From positions 140,678,001 to 140,742,000 of the forward strand of contig OZ024741.1 of NCBI GenBank assembly GCA_964016885.1: DNA of 64,000 nucleotides. The letters run 5' to 3'. A program made the position numbers and the translations under genes. The notes under the pieces were generated by a model that was not told the DNA's origin, ran no database searches, and was given only the letters and a program-made list of their open reading frames with translations. Source of the stretch: Eledone cirrhosa (Eukaryota). Numbering within the stretch: the first letter of the stretch is position 1; the number at the start of each line of letters is the position of its first letter. This document shows, in pieces, positions 57,227-64,000 of this stretch.

Positions 57227-57343
57227 CTTAAAAACTTAAAACCACAACTGAACACTAACCCATACAATCACTAATACTCTTTTATTCCTAATTAAACCAT
57301 TTTTCAGCTGTGAACAATTTGTCAGCATTTTCTATTCCGTTCA

Positions 57344-57408
<65 letters not shown>

Positions 57409-57640
57409 ATAAATATATATATATATATATTATGTGTGTGTGTGTATTCTTTTCCTATTTTTCAAGCGTTATACTATTCTATTTCCTCAAAGTATTGTGC
57501 CGTTTGCTTTGTGATTTCTGTTCAATCTTTACATATACACACACACATACGTGTGTGTGTATGTGTATAGATCGATAGATTTATAGATAGAGAGAGAGAG
57601 ATATATATATATAGATAGAGAGAGAGAGAGGGGGGAGAAA

Positions 57641-57696
<56 letters not shown>

Positions 57697-58626
57697 GAGA
57701 GAGAGGAGGAGGATAGAGATTTTAATAGTATTTATGATCTGAAGAAAAAATACGGGAAACTATTAAATTTGGTCACTTGAATTCAACACTCGTAGCTACC
57801 TGTAGTCCCTTACGCGAATTTCTGGCGACGTGAAATTGCAGGTAGCCGTCGTTTTTTTTCATTCTCTCTCTCTCCCCCTTCTATCTATCTCTCTTCTCTC
57901 TCTCTCTCCCTTCTATCTCTCTCTTCTCTATCTCTCTCTCTATATATATATACGGGATAACAAATTATTGTTATAGGTAGTCCACTTAGATGAACTTAAT
58001 TCTAAGTACATTATTTGACTACTACCACAGTCCTTGAAATATCACCTTCCTCCTGTTGTTATAATGAACACCCCAATGTATCCGTAATAGTATTCATCAT
58101 GTTCTCTATATATATACCTTGCTTCCTTAACATCTGTATTACCTCACCGCCTATATTGTTATTGTTGTCTTATCCATGCACGATTTGTTATTGATGCTTT
58201 GAAAGCTAAACAACCCCATGATTCGAACTAACAATCCATTCATCTAATATAGACCACTTAAATAATGAATCCACTTTACACCACATAAACATTACCATCC
58301 TCACTACAATGAAAATATTTTATCTGTTAGATAATAAATAATTCTTACGGTCAGCAAACCAACAGTAAAAGAAATGGTCCAGTGTATCTTTACACTCTAT
58401 ATAATATACTCCATGACAGCTTTTACATGTCAATTTCATACATCTGCTTCGTATCAGCTCGTTTTACATGCTAAAGTCATCAGTTTATTCTATTTATTAC
58501 TTAGACTGATGTGTGATTATTTTAACTATTTACAATCTAGCTAATTTATTTGAGTATTGTTATTATTGTTCTGATTTAATGCCACCACTATATATAGAAG
58601 CCATGCCTGTGTATTTCCTTCATTCT

Positions 58627-58744
58627 CGCATGTTCTGATGAATAGACTGGTTATAACAAAGTATTGGTGATCGATTGACGCAAAAACAGGCGGGTAGCGA
58701 TCTCTAGACCTACCAGTTCAGAGAAACAATTGTCAGCAATGTGA
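58627..58744 (+). ncRNA. Type-I hammerhead motif with long stem II, partly decayed
   Basis: cgcaTGTT-CTGATGA-atagACTGGT...ACCAGTtcaga-GAAA-CAATTG-TC-AGCAatgtg, followed by AATAAA and (TA)n. Confidence 0.6.
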
Positions 58745-58791
58745 ATAAAGCCCTAATTGTATAGCAAACCAAGTCACTCTTCTTTCTTGAT

Positions 58792-58955
<164 letters not shown>

Positions 58956-59006
58956 AAATAAAATAAAATAAATAAGTCAAATGTTTAAAATGTAGCTTCG
59001 TTTATT

Positions 59007-59061
59007 ACTGCTATATATATTTCGGTGACAGCCATCTTTGGCTGTGACCTCTTCAGGCAGT
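59007..59061 (-). ncRNA. Type-I hammerhead ribozyme motif, intact
   Basis: ACTGC-CTGAAGA-GGTcACAGCCA aaga TGGCTGTcACC-GAAA-TATATA-TA-GCAGT, followed by AATAAA. Confidence 0.85.
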
Positions 59062-59588
59062 CCATATTAGTGTGGTGTAGACAAGTACATATGTTGTTGA
59101 TGTGTATAACTTTGTCAATACTCTGATATGCGCAGTTCCTAGTTGGGTTGCTATTTCACTGAGGAACTGGAATCATATGAATTCAAACAAACGAATTTCA
59201 GTGTCAAAGGGCCTCTTCTCCTCTCATTGGTCAGTTGTTAGAACATTCCTCATTCAAAAGTCTATAGAAATTCGTTCTGAGGCAAGCCAATCTGTACTTG
59301 TTGTTCTTGTTCTTGTTAGATACATCTGACATCAAGTCTTGTGTTGGTATTGTTGTTATAGTTGGAGTTAGCTAAAAAAAAATTGATAATGTGGTAGAAA
59401 GAATAAGATGGTAAAGGAACAAAATAACAAAAAAGTCAAACTTCCCATTGGTTAGTTTTGAGGGCATTCCTCAGTCCAAAGTCTATAGAGATTCTTTCTG
59501 GGGTGAGGCTCCCTGTAGTGTTTGTGATTTCTCCAATTTGCATACTGAGGTGTTGGTATAGAATCAACATATACTCGAAATATATATA

Positions 59589-59699
<111 letters not shown>

Positions 59700-60498
59700 A
59701 CACACACATGCAAAGTAATTTTAAATAATTTATAGAAGGAAAACTTAGTGAGAGTAACTATTAACGATGTGATTATATTTAACTGGCTGGTAGCAAGAGG
59801 CAACTATTTTATGTGTATGCCGCCACATGACCCTAGGTGGAATTTGAGATACTTTAATTCCCATGCAATTTAAAATTAATTACATTCAATTGTGAATGTA
59901 ATTAAACGAAGCTGAGCTGAAGGAAATTCAATAGTATTTCAAACTACTGTTATCAAATCGTCTTCTGAACTTGTGTTGACCCTTAGAGGATACATTGCAG
60001 TTAAACGAATAATTCAATTTGCAGATATTTATGAAAATTACAGTCGCATATTTTTACGGATAATTCATCAACATGGCATTTAATCATTTCTTACTCCTTC
60101 CTTACTATATTTATAATGGAATGTTCTATATGATTTTAATAATGGAACATGCACTTAACAAAAGTGCATGTTCCATTATTAGATAAACCTCAACACGCTA
60201 AACCTTTCGCTATCACATTTCTTTGATTTTTAAATATTTTTCGTTACCACATACCTATGATTTTAAAATATTTTTTCTTTTTTTTAAATAAAAAAAAATG
60301 TAATATAAATAACTTCTTTATAACATAAGTTGATTTTTCAGAACATAATAATACCTAGATAATGAAATATACTGCCTTTAATTATGATGAAATTATTTCA
60401 AAATAATAATCTATTTGGAGAGGTTTAGTAATTTAGTAATTTAAGTAATTTTAGTAATTTAGTAATTTAAGAAACATTCACATTATTATGTTCGTAAC

Positions 60499-60677
60499 AG
60501 GCGGTGGATTGGCAGTATCGGTAGAGGGTCGGACACCATCCTTTGACGCATCGAGTTGCGGCGCTTGCCATTCTGAGTTCAAATTCCGCCGAGGTTAACA
60601 TTGCCTTTCATCTTTACGTACCAGTAATGCACTGGATAATTGATGGACTTGTGCGAAAAGTAGAAACAATTATTAAG
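60499..60677 (+). mobile_element. SINE family 1 with ~15-bp imperfect TSD
   Basis: A-box TGGCAGTATCGG, B-box GAGTTCAAATTCC, 3' gtagaaacaattatta; flanks attatta(t/a)gttcgta at 60482-60496 and 60670-60684. Confidence 0.88.
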
Positions 60678-63211
60678 TTCGTATATGGTCGTTTATGGTA
60701 AATATAAATATTCTAAGTGTCACATGACCACCGTTCTAATGAAATATACTGTCTACGGTTTTCATATAACTGCTTCAAAATAATCAAGTCTTGGGGGATT
60801 TACTAATATAACTATCTTTCTCATTATTAAGTTGGTACTTGGAGCATACCTTAAAATATATAAAATTATGATGGCATAATTTTCATATAAATACTGTAAA
60901 GTGTTCGGTACCACATTTTAACGCCTATAATTTTCAAATATTTTTTGTTAATAATAAGCTGGTGAGATATAGTAATACAACTATCATTTTAAAGTTGGTG
61001 TTCGGGACATAACTTGTATGATTCTTAAGTAAACGAATGATAGGTTTTTAGATAGATACAAACATGTAGAAATAACCTTTTTTGTATCATATGCTCGAAG
61101 AGATTTCATTCAATTTGGTATCGAAAGTGATGAGAAAAATATGAGCGTATCTTAGCATACGGTCACCGTCGAGTATTCTAGCAACCTAGGGCACCGTACA
61201 GTTAATCTTCTCCATACAATCGATATTACAGCAGTCCGTCTGAGGAAGAAGTCCCGCGAAGTGTGTGTGTGTGGGGGGGGGGGCTGTTGCAACGGATGCA
61301 GCTGGCCATTTTCTGCAGCAATGCCTTCGTCTTTTTGTCCGCCAGATGCACCCGAAGCACTACTCTGACTGTAGAGTCTGTCATGATCTCCCCCTCTTTT
61401 TCTTTTTCGTTGATTGATAATCCTTGATGTTTTCCACCTTTTCATCTCATTTATAGTATTTTACAATGCTACTCTCTTTTTCTTTGTGTTTGAATAAATA
61501 TTAATTTGTTTATTATTTTAAAATCACTGCTCTCCTGGTAATAGTAGCAAATTTGAAGCCACAAACGTACGATCCATTGACGTATCTCACATCTACACAT
61601 CAATGACCATATATGTTCGATGGAAATGTTTTACAGTACGGTCTGTTGACTACCTGGATACTTAGAGTTCATCGTGGTATCTACCAGGTCATTTATATGT
61701 CATTGTGCTCTCAATGGGGTCAGTTAGATTTTGCGTGACCATTTGCAGTTTAGGCTGCAATTTACATTGTGTTTACAGTTCATTGTATTAAAGAAAATGT
61801 TTGCATTAACAAAAGCATACCTGATTATACCCTCAAAATACTGGAAACTTCATGCATAGGATGCTTTTTAGTACAGGTACACTCGATCTGAGTTGACATT
61901 GCTTTAGACAACTTTAGTCTAAAATTGCTACGGAACCTCATATTAGAACATATATTCAGAGAGATACTCTAAAAGTTAATGAGGGCGTCACCGAACGGTC
62001 ATGGTTGGGATGGCTTATGCTTGATCTAAGTTGACACGTTTGTAAAGAAATATGATCTGAAATGTTCATAAAGATAACAATACTTTCAAAAAATGTTCAG
62101 TGGGCTGTAATATTATAAATGCAGAGTAGTGTTTGATTAAGATGCGAAGTAAAACAAAAAGTTTCTCGCTTCGCTTACGTACATTATTCCGATTAGATAT
62201 TTTTAATATAAATCAAATAATCTCAAAATAATGAAAACGAATAAAACATAAGATTGCAATATTATAATAGCTTGTTCTTTTTTTACGGTTTCATACATAC
62301 ATATTTACTAAACCATAATATAGCCGTCAGCTGGAAGCATGTAGATCTAATAAGCTATTTACTTTATAAAATCCGAATGAAATATTCGGAGGAAAATATA
62401 CAGAAAACAAACGTAAGTGTTCGTGATGTATATTTTCCATTGTCTGTTTATTTTCTCTATCAATGCTTACACTCTATGGAAAATTGCTTCATTTTTCTGA
62501 AAGTATACTGAATTGTTTGAGGCACTGAAGCGTAATACTGTTCAGAAGCTTATTTTTCACATCAATTGTCTCTCATATGTCTTGCAGCAAAACTAAAAAA
62601 AACAATGAACATATATAGTATAAACGAAAGTTGTTTCAAAAATATGAGTTCTAGAACAAAACTGAGACAAACGAAAAGGTGATTCATTATGAAAAAGTAG
62701 GTAAAAATACTTGGAATGTAAGGCTGCTATATTTTTCTACATACAAATATATGTTTGACGATAAGAAGTTAGTTAAACTTTCTTTAGATGTCAATAACAT
62801 AGCAGAGTATTTAGTGGCTAGAATGTACAAAACAAAAATTGCAATTTGAACTCAATTATGTTTTTTTAATGCGGGTTTTAATCTTGGTTACTAATTCAGA
62901 AAATAGGCTAGCGATTGGGGAGGATAAATTGATTACAACAATCTGCTTGACAGATAATTTATTTTACCGAACACGGAGGAATAAAGAGCGAATTGATTTC
63001 GGTTAGATTTGGACTGAGAAGTATAGAGTTGGAAGAAATATGGCAAAGAATATTGTCGGGCGCTTGAATGATTCTGACAATCTACTGCCTCTTTGGCTCG
63101 TCGGTATATATAACAATATGTTTCAACAGACGTTTTCAGATGATAAACCTTGCAAAACAAATACAAAAACTATCCCGCCCGTCCCCTCAATCTATCTTAT
63201 TTCTTATTCTT

Positions 63212-63247
63212 TCTTCTGATGAGGGACTAGCGTCCGAAACGTTAAGA
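63212..63247 (+). ncRNA. Minimal type-I hammerhead motif
   Basis: TCTT-CTGATGA-gGGAC tagc GTCC-GAAA-CG-TT-AAGA; palindromic ACGT stem III and GUU triplet. Confidence 0.8.
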
Positions 63248-64000
63248 CCCTCTTCCTGCTATATCAAGCGTTAACCTAATATATCCCTTCCATATACTGT
63301 ACCAATTGTGTTATTTCTGTTTACCTTTTACACATATATATATTCTAGGGCGGGTAACATTCCCGAGATCCATGGACGAGTTCTCTCCAGCGGTCTCTGT
63401 CCCTCATTATCGCTGCCATGTCCTGCGTCTCCAACAGACAAGTGTCTGTCCTTAGGGCATCAGCATACGTTAACCTTGGTCTTATATTATGTTTGTGCAG
63501 GGTGTTGTTTATGTCCCATAGCTTAGTGTTTCGACAAACAGAAGTCTATAAAAAAGTACGTTGGTTGATATAATCGTTTAATGTGGTGTTTCTGCAGGAC
63601 TGCGTAGTCTAGTAACTGAAACCAGTAGAACAATTTTCAAATAACACCAAACCCAATTGCATATGTTCGGCATTATTATATAGTCTCCATCTGCAGGTTA
63701 ACTTTGATTTAGAATTACACTGAATCCGGCGTTATCCTTCGGAAAAAATACGTTTATAATTAAGCTCGCAATCTTATGCTTACATCTGAAAGGACGATAA
63801 TATGAGATTTTTTTGTCTGTTTAATTTGGTTGCTAACATGCTCAAACGCTTTGCTCGTTATTTCCTGCTACATTTTGTCAAGCATCATGACTGCAAACTG
63901 GTTTTATAATTTCCCAATTGTATTTTGATACTGTTACGAAAATAGAGTTCATTAATTAAAAACATAAAGAACGTGGTATCAAACGTTTTTTGCCTAACTG

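Larger units (their letters stand above)
51391..57350 (-). mobile_element. Near-complete Penelope-like (Neptune-type) element with direct pLTRs and an inverted 5' pLTR copy
   Basis: Direct repeats 51391-52097 and 56176-56955, inverted copy 56955-57350, ORF1 + RT + GIY-YIG, and (TA)n at both ends. Confidence 0.95.

Noticed and set aside
60499-60600. tRNA gene suggested by A and B boxes
   Set aside because: Box spacing and the 3' body match the multi-copy SINE, and no cloverleaf is evident.
61152-61445. 97-aa minus-strand ORF with a basic KRKR stretch
   Set aside because: No recognisable domain, runs through a G/GT low-complexity tract, and no supportable exon structure.

Overview
AT-rich eukaryotic DNA, intergenic or intronic and dense in microsatellites. 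The tRNA-SINE families resemble cephalopod (octopus-type) repeats; that assignment is inference only. No host gene can be supported, and nearly all long ORFs belong to retroelements. Main content: (1) a decayed RTE-clade LINE with an inverted 5' part (9.0-12.2 kb); (2) Penelope-like elements (PLEs), including a near-complete Neptune-type copy (51.4-57.3 kb, minus). Its separate upstream ORF1 overlaps the RT/GIY-YIG frame at an in-phase U-UUU-UUA -1 frameshift heptamer; (3) a ~27-kb pile-up (23.2-50.6 kb) of six R4/Dong-type RT+REL elements, one antisense Tx1/L1-type element and SINEs, mostly joined through (TAA)n tracts; (4) small foldback or tandem non-coding elements in (TA)n tracts carrying minimal type-I hammerhead ribozyme motifs from at least 7 unrelated sequence families, including a C3:G8 to U3:A8 compensatory core variant. 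All alignments, folds and coordinates were read by eye, and element boundaries are approximate.
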